Positions 29,247-37,044 of a DNA stretch of 64,000 bases are shown piece after piece. The position numbers and the translations under genes were made by a program. How positions within the stretch are numbered: the stretch's first letter is position 1; every line of letters starts with the position of its first letter. The notes beneath the pieces were generated by a model. The model saw only the letters and a list, made by a program, of their open reading frames with translations, was not told where the DNA came from and did no database searches. The stretch spans positions 30,206 through 94,205 of the forward strand of contig JAZSQB010000038.1 in NCBI GenBank assembly GCA_045537695.1, given 5' to 3'. This stretch comes from Clostridia bacterium. GTDB lineage: Bacteria; Bacillota; Clostridia; UBA1381; UMGS1253.

Positions 29247-29276
29247 GAAAAGACCGACATTGTCGGTCTTTTTTGT
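29247..29276 (+). terminator. intrinsic terminator after the YjbQ-like gene
   Basis: AAAAGACCGAC-att-GTCGGTCTTTT followed by further T residues. Confidence 0.8.
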
Positions 29277-29279
29277 TTG

Positions 29280-29308
29280 TTGAAATGCGGGAAATTATAT
29301 GATATAAT
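29280..29308 (+). promoter_or_regulatory. candidate sigma-A promoter for uvrC
   Basis: TTGAAA (29280-29285), 17-nt spacer, TATAAT (29303-29308). This implies a leader of about 120 nt. Confidence 0.5.
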
Positions 29309-29434
29309 AAAAAATGTATAGGTGTATCTGCACAGGTGAAAATAAACTTGTAGGGGAGGGATTTATCCCTTCCGTTCCCAACAGATTACAGAATAGCAAC
29401 ATCGAGAAACATTACAACCAATGGAGGATACAGC

Positions 29435-31288
29435 GTGTTTAATTTTGCGCAACAGCTCAAAAAACTCCCGGAGCAGCCGGGTGTGTATCTGATGCACGAT
29501 GCGAACGATACGGTGATTTATGTCGGCAAGGCGAAGAACTTGAAAAACCGTGTGCGCCAGTATTTTATGCAGAGCAAAAACCATGGTGCCAAGGTGCGCG
29601 CGATGGTCAGTCACGTTGCCTGGTTTGAGTATATTATCACCGATTCGGAGCTGGAAGCGCTCGTTTTGGAGTGCAATTTAATTAAAAAGCATAAGCCGCA
29701 TTACAACATCCTTTTAAAGGACGATAAGCACTATCCGTACATCAAGGTGACGATGAACAAGTCGTATCCGCGCCTGAGCATCACGCGCACAATGGTGCCG
29801 GACGGTGCGCGCTACTACGGACCGTATAGCGGGATGAGCGTGGTGCGCCAGACGGTGGAGCTGATACAGAAAATTTTTAAGATTCCCAACTGCAAGCGGA
29901 GCTTTCCTGCAGATATCGGCAAGGGAAGACCTTGTTTGAATTATCAGATTCAGAAGTGCTTTGCGCCGTGCCGCGGTGAATGCACACAAGAAGACTACCG
30001 GAAGGTTTTTGAGCAGATTTGTATGTTTTTGGACGGCAAGAGCGAGGAAGTGATTCGCACGCTTGAGGTGCAGATGGAGGAAGCGGCGGCGGAGCTGCAG
30101 TTTGAAAAGGCGGCGGAAAAGCGCGACCGCATTCAGGCGATTTTAGCCATTCACGAGCGGCAAAAAATTATTTCCGATGCGCAGACCGACCAGGACGTTG
30201 CGGAATTTATTTGCTATGATGACAAGGCGTTTTTCGAGATGTTTTTAATCCGCGGCGGACGTATGACGGGCAGACAGAGCTACCGCATCGACGCGGTCAG
30301 CGAGCTGTCGGACGGCGAGATTATGGCGGAGTTTTTAAAGCTGTATTATTCGGCAGCCAACACGGTGCCGGGGGAGATTATCTTAGGCTGTGCGCCGGAG
30401 GATATAGAAGTGCTCGGCGCGTATTTAAGTCAGCTGCGCGGCAAAAAGGTGCATTTGACAGTGCCGCAGCGCGGCGAGAAAAAGCAGCTGGTGCATATGC
30501 TACTCAAGAATATCAACAATGCGGTGGATGACTATAAAATCGGTGAATTAAAGCGCGAAACCGAGCGCGGCGTACTGGAAAAGCTGGCTGAATATACGGG
30601 GCTTTCGACCCTGCCGCGCCGCATTGAAAGCTACGATATTTCCAACACGGGCGGCACGGGTACGGTCGGCGTGATGGTCGTATTTGAAAACGGCGTGGTC
30701 AGCAAGGCGGCAAAGCGCAATTTCCGCATCCAAAGCATCGAAGGGCAGAACGACTATGCGGCGATGCAGGAGGTTGTGACGCGCCGTATGCAGCGCGCGC
30801 AGGCGGAGACCGAGGCGATTGAAAACGGCACGCTGGCAAAAAAAGATGCAAAATTTTTGCCGTTGCCGGATATGATGTTAATAGACGGCGGCAAGGGACA
30901 CGTTGCCGCAGTGCGCGAAGCGTTGGCGCCGTTTGCGCCGGCGTTTGGCATTTTCGGTATGCAAAAGGATGATAAGCACAACTTTTCGGAGTTGATTGAC
31001 GGCAAAGAAACGGTGCATATTCCGGTCAATTCCGCCGCATACCGGTTGATTGGCACAATTTGTGAGGAAACGCATAACACCGCCATTGGCTACCATAAAA
31101 AGGTGCGCCGGCAAAATGCGTTCCGTTCCGAACTTGCGGAAATTCCGGGTGTGGGTGAGGTGCGCAGAAAGCAGCTTTTGCGCGCATTTAAGACGCTCGA
31201 TGCCGTGGCAAAAGCGCAGGTCGAGGATTTGCAGGCGGCGGGACTCGATAAGCGCAGTGCGCAGAATGTTTATGATTATTATCACTAA
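29435..31288 (+). CDS. uvrC: excinuclease ABC subunit C
   Basis: GIY-YIG domain (PGVYLMHDANDTVIYVGKAKNLKNRVRQYF), UVR domain (ELQFEKAAEKRDRIQ) and a C-terminal HhH pair. GTG start with GGAGG upstream. Confidence 0.95.
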   Translation: MFNFAQQLKKLPEQPGVYLMHDANDTVIYVGKAKNLKNRVRQYFMQSKNHGAKVRAMVSHVAWFEYIITDSELEALVLECNLIKKHKPHYNILLKDDKHYPYIKVTMNKSYPRLSITRTMVPDGARYYGPYSGMSVVRQTVELIQKIFKIPNCKRSFPADIGKGRPCLNYQIQKCFAPCRGECTQEDYRKVFEQICMFLDGKSEEVIRTLEVQMEEAAAELQFEKAAEKRDRIQAILAIHERQKIISDAQTDQDVAEFICYDDKAFFEMFLIRGGRMTGRQSYRIDAVSELSDGEIMAEFLKLYYSAANTVPGEIILGCAPEDIEVLGAYLSQLRGKKVHLTVPQRGEKKQLVHMLLKNINNAVDDYKIGELKRETERGVLEKLAEYTGLSTLPRRIESYDISNTGGTGTVGVMVVFENGVVSKAAKRNFRIQSIEGQNDYAAMQEVVTRRMQRAQAETEAIENGTLAKKDAKFLPLPDMMLIDGGKGHVAAVREALAPFAPAFGIFGMQKDDKHNFSELIDGKETVHIPVNSAAYRLIGTICEETHNTAIGYHKKVRRQNAFRSELAEIPGVGEVRRKQLLRAFKTLDAVAKAQVEDLQAAGLDKRSAQNVYDYYH

Positions 31289-31393
31289 ATTTATGCAGAG
31301 CACAGTGTTTAGGATATGCTGAAAAATAAAAGTCTTGCGGTGCGTCGAAAATCGGCGCACCCTACAACATAGAATGTGTGATGAGGGAAGTAT

Positions 31394-32191
31394 ATGCAGA
31401 AAGGCTTTGAAAGACATACTAAAGGCGACTTGGTGTATTATACCGTTCCGGCGTTTACGGATACGGGGTTGGTAAATCACGGGTTTTCAACGCGGCTCGG
31501 CGGCGTGAGCACGGGCGAGACGGCAATGCTCAATCTCGGCTTTTACCGCAAGGATACGCGCGAAAATGTATATGCAAATTACGGCATTTTTTGCGATGCC
31601 GTCGGCATAGAGCGCGACAAGCTGGTGCTATCCAAGCAGGAGCATCATGATGGCATCCGTTTGCTGACGGCGGCGGATTGCGGTAAGGGTATTGTGCGCG
31701 AAAGCGACATCACGGACACGGATGCGTTTATCTGCAACACCCCGGGTGTGCCGGCGGTGATTTTCTGCGCCGATTGCGTGCCTGTGTTTTTGCTCGACAC
31801 GAAGCTTAAGGCGTTCGGGCTGATTCATTCCGGCTGGCGTTCAACGGTATTGGGAATTTCCAAAAAGACCGTGCAGAAAATGCAGGAAGCCTTCGGGACA
31901 GACCCAGCGGATATTCTGGCGGCCATCGGACCTTCCATCGGACAGTGCCACTTTGAGGTGGACGGTGATGTGGCGGCGCGGTTTGATGCAAAATACAGCA
32001 GGCGCGTCGGCGAAAAGTTCCACATTGATTTGTGGGGCGTGATTGAAGAACAGTTGTTGTCGGCAGGTGTGCGCGCAGAGGCGATTACGAAGGCGAATCT
32101 TTGCACATACTGTCATTGTGACGAATTTTTTTCCAACCGTGCGCATCACGGCAAAATCGGCTTGATGGGCGCGATGATGGAACTCAAATAA
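31394..32191 (+). CDS. pgeF: polyphenol oxidase/YfiH family protein (peptidoglycan editing factor PgeF)
   Basis: DUF152 pattern: QEHHDG, ADCVPV, HSGWR and a C-terminal CTYC...F.S.R. Confidence 0.85.
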   Translation: MQKGFERHTKGDLVYYTVPAFTDTGLVNHGFSTRLGGVSTGETAMLNLGFYRKDTRENVYANYGIFCDAVGIERDKLVLSKQEHHDGIRLLTAADCGKGIVRESDITDTDAFICNTPGVPAVIFCADCVPVFLLDTKLKAFGLIHSGWRSTVLGISKKTVQKMQEAFGTDPADILAAIGPSIGQCHFEVDGDVAARFDAKYSRRVGEKFHIDLWGVIEEQLLSAGVRAEAITKANLCTYCHCDEFFSNRAHHGKIGLMGAMMELK

Positions 32192-32214
32192 GGAAGACAA
32201 GAATGGTGTTTGGG

Positions 32215-33768
32215 ATGAAAAAAAGCTTTATATGTATTCTGGCGGTTTTGCTGTGCATTTCTTTGCTCGGCGGCTGCGGCTGTGCGCCGACGGACGAAGC
32301 GCGCGACTATCCGGTGCTGCAGGAGGGCGGCAAAGGCGTTGTCAGCCTGCCACTGACGCATTTTGATACGTTCAATCCGGTGCTGACGCAGTCGGATACG
32401 GTGCTTGACGCGATGCAGCTCGTATACGACAGCTTGTACCGCCGCGCCGCAGACGGCACGGTGCAGCCTTTGCTTGCCACGGCGACAGAAATTTCGCCGG
32501 ACGGTTTGGTGTATACGGTGTATCTTCGAAATGATGTGCGCTGGCACGACGGCGAGCTGTTTTCTGCTTACGATGTATCTTACACGCTTGATGCGATTGC
32601 GGCGTGCGAGACGAGCAAGCTGCGCGGCTGCCTGCAGGGAATTGCCTCTTATACGGCAAAAAGCAATTTTGTGTGCGAATTTGTACTGAGCGCGCCGGAC
32701 AGTTGTTTTACGGACCGGCTGACATTTCCGGTGATTCCGCGCAGCACGGACTGCAGTGCGATATATGAAGATTTTATGCCTATCGGCACCTCGGCATACC
32801 GCTATGTTGAAACCAGCAAGAGCCGGACGCATCTGCTTTGCCGGAGCAAGGACTGCACTTCGGTGGTGGCAGGTCCGGTGGAAGAAGTGGTGCTCAAGGA
32901 AATTCCGGCGGCGGATAATCTGATGTATGCGCTGGAAAGCCGCGAAATTGAGGCGGTACACGTCGATGCGGCGTACCTGCGTACATACAGTGCCAAGGGC
33001 AATGTGCGTACGATGCCGTATACCAACCGGAATTTCAGCTTTTTAGGCATCAATGCCATCGATGTGCTGGCAGATAAAAATGTGCGCAAGGCACTGTCCA
33101 TGGTGATAGACAGAGAAACGATAAACACCAATGTGCTGTTCGGGCGCTTTACAGTGAGCGATTCGCCGTTTTTGTGGGAGAAATCAGCAGAGGAAACGCC
33201 GGAAGCTACACCGGTAGAAGCGGCGCAGCTTCTGGAGACGGCGGGATATGCGCAAAATGAAGACGGCAAGTGGAAACGTGAAACGGAAGAAGGTATAATG
33301 ACGCTTTCTGTTTCGATTTTGGTTAATTTGGAAAATAAGGTGCGTTGTGCGGTGGCAGAGGAAATTGCAAAGCAGCTCCGTGCGTTCGGCATTGGCGCTT
33401 ATGTAGACAAAACGGATTTTGAAACGTACACGATGCGCGTGGATGCGCGGGAATATAATTTGTTCTTAGGCGAAACCGTTTTAGAGACGGATATGGACGT
33501 TTCCGTGTTTGTCGGCAGCTGGGCGCGGTTTGCATCGCCGGTGGGGCAGAATATGGATAGGCTTTTGTACAATGCGCGCGTTGCCGTTACGCCGGAGAGC
33601 AAGGCAACGGCATTTCGCGCCCTGGCGGACGGCATAGCGGATGAGATGCCGGTGATTTCGCTTGGTTTCGGGCAAAATGCCGTGGTGGTCAATGACCGCA
33701 TCCGCGGAGAAATCACGCCGGTATATCAGAATATTTTCTGCGACTTTGCTACTTGGGACGCTGCGTGA
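32215..33768 (+). CDS. ABC transporter substrate-binding lipoprotein, family 5 (peptide/nickel type)
   Basis: Lipoprotein signal MKKSFICILAVLLCISLLGGC and a family 5 SBP region (YLRNDVRWHDGELFSAYDVSYTL). No permease or ATPase genes are adjacent. Confidence 0.8.
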   Translation: MKKSFICILAVLLCISLLGGCGCAPTDEARDYPVLQEGGKGVVSLPLTHFDTFNPVLTQSDTVLDAMQLVYDSLYRRAADGTVQPLLATATEISPDGLVYTVYLRNDVRWHDGELFSAYDVSYTLDAIAACETSKLRGCLQGIASYTAKSNFVCEFVLSAPDSCFTDRLTFPVIPRSTDCSAIYEDFMPIGTSAYRYVETSKSRTHLLCRSKDCTSVVAGPVEEVVLKEIPAADNLMYALESREIEAVHVDAAYLRTYSAKGNVRTMPYTNRNFSFLGINAIDVLADKNVRKALSMVIDRETINTNVLFGRFTVSDSPFLWEKSAEETPEATPVEAAQLLETAGYAQNEDGKWKRETEEGIMTLSVSILVNLENKVRCAVAEEIAKQLRAFGIGAYVDKTDFETYTMRVDAREYNLFLGETVLETDMDVSVFVGSWARFASPVGQNMDRLLYNARVAVTPESKATAFRALADGIADEMPVISLGFGQNAVVVNDRIRGEITPVYQNIFCDFATWDAA

Positions 33769-33775
33769 TACAGCC

Positions 33776-33805
33776 TTGACTTTTGTATAGGAAATGTGGT
33801 ATACT
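33776..33805 (+). promoter_or_regulatory. candidate sigma-A promoter for the yicC-remA-gmk block
   Basis: TTGACT (33776-33781), 18-nt spacer, TATACT (33800-33805) with an extended -10 TG. Confidence 0.45.
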
Positions 33806-33866
33806 GATTTATCTGGAACTATGTAAATGAAATCAGAAAAAACCATAGAACAGGAGCAGAAAAAAT

Positions 33867-34745
33867 ATGATTAAAAGTATGACGGGTTACGGCCGTTTTG
33901 AGGGCGTAATCGAGGACAAGAAAATTTTGGTGGAAATCAAGTCCGTCAACCATCGTTATGCAGACTATAACATCAAGGTGCCGCGCTATTTTGGCTATCT
34001 CGAGGATAAGGTGCGTGTGTACGCGTCGGAGTTTATCAACCGCGGCAAGGTCGACATTTATGTGGCGATGGAAAGCTTCGGCGAGGCGGATAAGCAGGTG
34101 ACATTAAATGCACCGCTTGCCGAAAACTATATTGAGGTACTGCGTGAGCTGCGCGACACCTTTGATTTAAGAGACGATATCAGCGTCGGCTCGGTGGCGC
34201 GTTTTTCCGATATTTTCTTGACAGAGCGCAAGGAAGAGGACGCTGAGCATATTTGGGAAATTGTCAAGGCGGGTCTTTCGCAGGCGATGCAGGACTTTAT
34301 GGATATGCGCTTACGCGAGGGCGAGAGAATGCTCGCCGATTTGCGCCAGAGAAGCGCATTTATGCTGGAAAAGGTTGCAGAAATCGAAGCACGTTCGCCG
34401 CAGTGCGTGGAGGAATACCGCGCGAAGCTGCGTGCACGTTTGCAGGAGGTACTCGAATCGACGAATATCGACGAGGCGCGTATTTTAACCGAAGCGGCGA
34501 TTTATGCAGATAAAATTGCAGTGGATGAGGAAACCGTCCGCCTGCGCAGTCACTTTGATGAGATGGAAACCATTCTCACTTCCGGGGAGCCTGCCGGCAG
34601 AAAGCTCGACTTTTTGATTCAGGAAATCAACCGCGAAATCAATACCACCGGCTCCAAGGCAAACGACATTGAAATCGCCAAGATTGTGGTGGATTTGAAG
34701 GCGGAATTGGAAAAACTGCGTGAGCAGGTGCAGAATATCGAGTAA
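33867..34745 (+). CDS. yicC: YicC/YloC family protein
   Basis: N-terminus [10 protein letters not shown] and C-terminal DUF1732 block ([14 protein letters not shown]). Confidence 0.88.
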   Translation: MIKSMTGYGRFEGVIEDKKILVEIKSVNHRYADYNIKVPRYFGYLEDKVRVYASEFINRGKVDIYVAMESFGEADKQVTLNAPLAENYIEVLRELRDTFDLRDDISVGSVARFSDIFLTERKEEDAEHIWEIVKAGLSQAMQDFMDMRLREGERMLADLRQRSAFMLEKVAEIEARSPQCVEEYRAKLRARLQEVLESTNIDEARILTEAAIYADKIAVDEETVRLRSHFDEMETILTSGEPAGRKLDFLIQEINREINTTGSKANDIEIAKIVVDLKAELEKLREQVQNIE

Positions 34746-34756
34746 GAGGGAAGCAT

Positions 34757-35023
34757 ATGAAGCTGATAAATATTGGATTTGGTAATATTGTGGCGGCCAA
34801 CCGACTGGTGGCGATTGTCAGCCCGAGCTCTGCGCCGGTCAAGCGTATGGTGCAGGAGGCACGCGAGCAAGGTACGCTTGTGGATGCGGCATATGGCAGA
34901 AGAACACGTGCGGTTTTGGTGATGGACAGTGGGCATGTTGTGCTTTCGGCGCTTTTGCCGGAAACGGTTGCCAACCGTATGGATGCGGGCATGCCGTCGG
35001 AGGAGGATAAAAATGAAGAATAA
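34757..35023 (+). CDS. remA: RemA/DUF370 family regulator
   Basis: 88 aa. [12 protein letters not shown]...[13 protein letters not shown] and G.L.DAT.GRRTRAV blocks typical of RemA/YlzA. Confidence 0.88.
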   Translation: MKLINIGFGNIVAANRLVAIVSPSSAPVKRMVQEAREQGTLVDAAYGRRTRAVLVMDSGHVVLSALLPETVANRMDAGMPSEEDKNEE

Positions 35024-35618
35024 TCGTGGCAATTTGTTTGTGGTTTCCGGCCCGTCCGGTGCCGGCAAGGGCACGATTTGCAAGGCGCTGTTAGAAAAGC
35101 GTGATGATGTGGTTTTGTCCGTCTCGGCAACATCGAGAGCGCCGCGCCCTGGGGAAGAGGACGGCGTGCATTACTTCTTTTTGACGGAAGAGGCTTTTCG
35201 TGAAAAAATCGATAATGGACAGATGCTCGAGCATGCAGTCTTTTGCGGCAATTACTATGGTACACCGAAGGCGTATGTAGAAGAGATGCTCGAACAGGGC
35301 AAAAACGTTATTCTGGAAATTGAAGTACAGGGTGCGATGCAGGTGCGCGCGAAGCATCCGGAGGGCGTGTATGTGTTTATTCTGCCGCCGTCGATGGAGG
35401 AGCTGCGCAGCCGTTTGGTCGGTCGCGGCACGGAAAAGCCCGAGGTTGTGGAGGAAAGACTCTCCACCGCAAAGCGCGAGCTCGGGTACATAGAAAAATA
35501 TAACTATATTGTGGTAAACGATGATATAGACAAGGCAGTAGAGCGCTTTAGCGCAGTGATGGATGCGGAGCGTTGCAGAATGGAAAGAAATATTGAATTT
35601 ATTAAAGAGGTGTTTTAA
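35013..35618 (+). CDS. gmk: guanylate kinase
   Basis: P-loop GPSGAGKGT and the Gmk pattern TSR.PR.GE.DG..Y.F. Start at ATG 35013 (GGAGG upstream), overlapping the end of remA. Confidence 0.95.
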   Translation: MKNNRGNLFVVSGPSGAGKGTICKALLEKRDDVVLSVSATSRAPRPGEEDGVHYFFLTEEAFREKIDNGQMLEHAVFCGNYYGTPKAYVEEMLEQGKNVILEIEVQGAMQVRAKHPEGVYVFILPPSMEELRSRLVGRGTEKPEVVEERLSTAKRELGYIEKYNYIVVNDDIDKAVERFSAVMDAERCRMERNIEFIKEVF

Positions 35619-35840
35619 ATGATTTATCCGGCAATTTCAAAACTCGTAGACAAGACAGGCACAAGATACTCTCTCGCCGTATTGACCGCACGTCGCGCGC
35701 GTCAGCTTGGTATGCAGAAGGAAGGCTCCTTCTCCGGCAAGTATGACGAGGCGATTTTAGAGGCCATCGGCGAAATCGAAAGCGGTAAGGTAAAGGCTGT
35801 GCCGAGCTTAAATGCAATGCTGGAAGCAGCAAACGACTGA
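35619..35840 (+). CDS. rpoZ: DNA-directed RNA polymerase subunit omega
   Basis: 73 aa with the block RYSLAVLTARRARQL. Immediately follows gmk, as in B. subtilis. Confidence 0.88.
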   Translation: MIYPAISKLVDKTGTRYSLAVLTARRARQLGMQKEGSFSGKYDEAILEAIGEIESGKVKAVPSLNAMLEAAND

Positions 35841-35853
35841 TTCAGGTGAGAAT

Positions 35854-37044
35854 ATGTTAACAGGAAAATGTGTAGTTGTTGGTGTGTGTGGCGGGATTGC
35901 CGCATACAAGGTTGTGGAGGTTGTCAGCCGCCTCAAAAAACTGGGCGCAGAGGTGCACGTCATTATGACGGAAAGTGCGCAGCAGTTTGTCGGGGAGCTG
36001 ACATTCCGTACGATGTCACAAAATCCGGTTGCAGCGGATATGTTCGGGACGCCGGCGCGTTGGGAAGTGGAGCACGTTTCCTTGGCGCAGAAGGCGGACC
36101 TGTTCTTAGTTGCGCCCGCAACGGCGAACACGATTGCGAAAATGGCATACGGTATCGCGGATAATATGCTCCTGACAACGTATCTGGCAACCAGAGCGCC
36201 GGTGATGATTGCGCCGGCAATGAACAAAAACATGTATACCCACCCGGTAACGGTGGAGAATATGAAAAAGCTCTCGGATGGTGGCTGTAGCTTTGTGCGC
36301 GCCGGTGAGGGCTTTTTAGCATGTGGTGATACAGGCGTCGGACGTATGGCAGAGCCGGCGGAAATCGTATCTGCCGTAGTAGATGCGATTGCGCGAACGA
36401 AGGATTTGGCGGGCAAGCGCGTGCTGGTGACAGCGGGCGCAACGCAGGAGCCGCTTGACCCGGTGCGCTTTATCACCAATCATTCGTCCGGCAAAATGGG
36501 CGTTAGCATTGCGCACGCGGCAAAGCTGCGCGGCGCAGAGGTTGTGCTCGTGCACGGCAAAACCTGCGCGCCTGCACCATATGGGGTAGAGTCCGTATGT
36601 GTCGGCAGTGCGCAGGAGATGTATGCGGCAGTATTGGAGCGCGCCAAGGATTGCGATATCATTGTCAAGGCGGCGGCAGTTGCCGATTATGCGCCGGCGG
36701 ATGTCAGCACGCACAAAATGAAGAAGAGCGATGCAGACCTTACGCTGCCGCTGCAGCGTAATCCGGATATTTTAAAGGCGTTGGGCGAAAACAAGCACGA
36801 CGGGCAGATATTGGTCGGTTTTTGTATGGAAACGCAGGATTTGCTTGTAAATGCACAAACAAAGCTTGAAAAGAAAAACTGCGATTTGATGGTGGCAAAT
36901 AGCTTAACCGAGCCGGGTGCCGGTTTTGGGTGCGATACAAATACCGTCACGATTTTAAAGAAAAACGGAGAAAAGCTTTCGCCGGAGAATATGTCCAAGG
37001 CGGCGCTTGCGCATATTATTTTAGATGAGGCATTGAAGGTATGA
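35854..37044 (+). CDS. coaBC: bifunctional phosphopantothenoylcysteine decarboxylase / phosphopantothenate--cysteine ligase
   Basis: Flavoprotein N-domain (VVGVCGGIAAYK, PAMN..M) and a CoaB C-domain (ITNHSSGKMG). Start at ATG 35854. Confidence 0.93.
   Translation: MLTGKCVVVGVCGGIAAYKVVEVVSRLKKLGAEVHVIMTESAQQFVGELTFRTMSQNPVAADMFGTPARWEVEHVSLAQKADLFLVAPATANTIAKMAYGIADNMLLTTYLATRAPVMIAPAMNKNMYTHPVTVENMKKLSDGGCSFVRAGEGFLACGDTGVGRMAEPAEIVSAVVDAIARTKDLAGKRVLVTAGATQEPLDPVRFITNHSSGKMGVSIAHAAKLRGAEVVLVHGKTCAPAPYGVESVCVGSAQEMYAAVLERAKDCDIIVKAAAVADYAPADVSTHKMKKSDADLTLPLQRNPDILKALGENKHDGQILVGFCMETQDLLVNAQTKLEKKNCDLMVANSLTEPGAGFGCDTNTVTILKKNGEKLSPENMSKAALAHIILDEALKV

Noticed and set aside
29277-29434. 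Possible LexA (Cheo) box or riboswitch in the ~120-nt uvrC leader; also checked upstream of recX (63129-63178)
   Set aside because: No GAAC-N4-GTTC-type motif is present. There is only one imperfect hairpin (GGGAGGGAT-tt-ATCCCTTCC), which I cannot link to any known element.
31339-31361. Hairpin GGTGCG...CGCACC after uvrC as a terminator
   Set aside because: The stem is GC-rich but no U-tract follows it and pgeF starts shortly after. I could not support it as an intrinsic terminator.
32146-32961. 271-aa minus-strand ORF, very Arg/His-rich, antisense to the solute-binding protein gene
   Set aside because: Its composition is typical of the reverse frame of a GC-rich coding region. It has no RBS and no recognisable motif, and the plus-strand gene has a clear signal peptide and family-5 SBP motifs.
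35808-36479. 223-aa minus-strand ORF antisense to coaBC
   Set aside because: Antisense artefact. coaBC motifs are clear on the plus strand.
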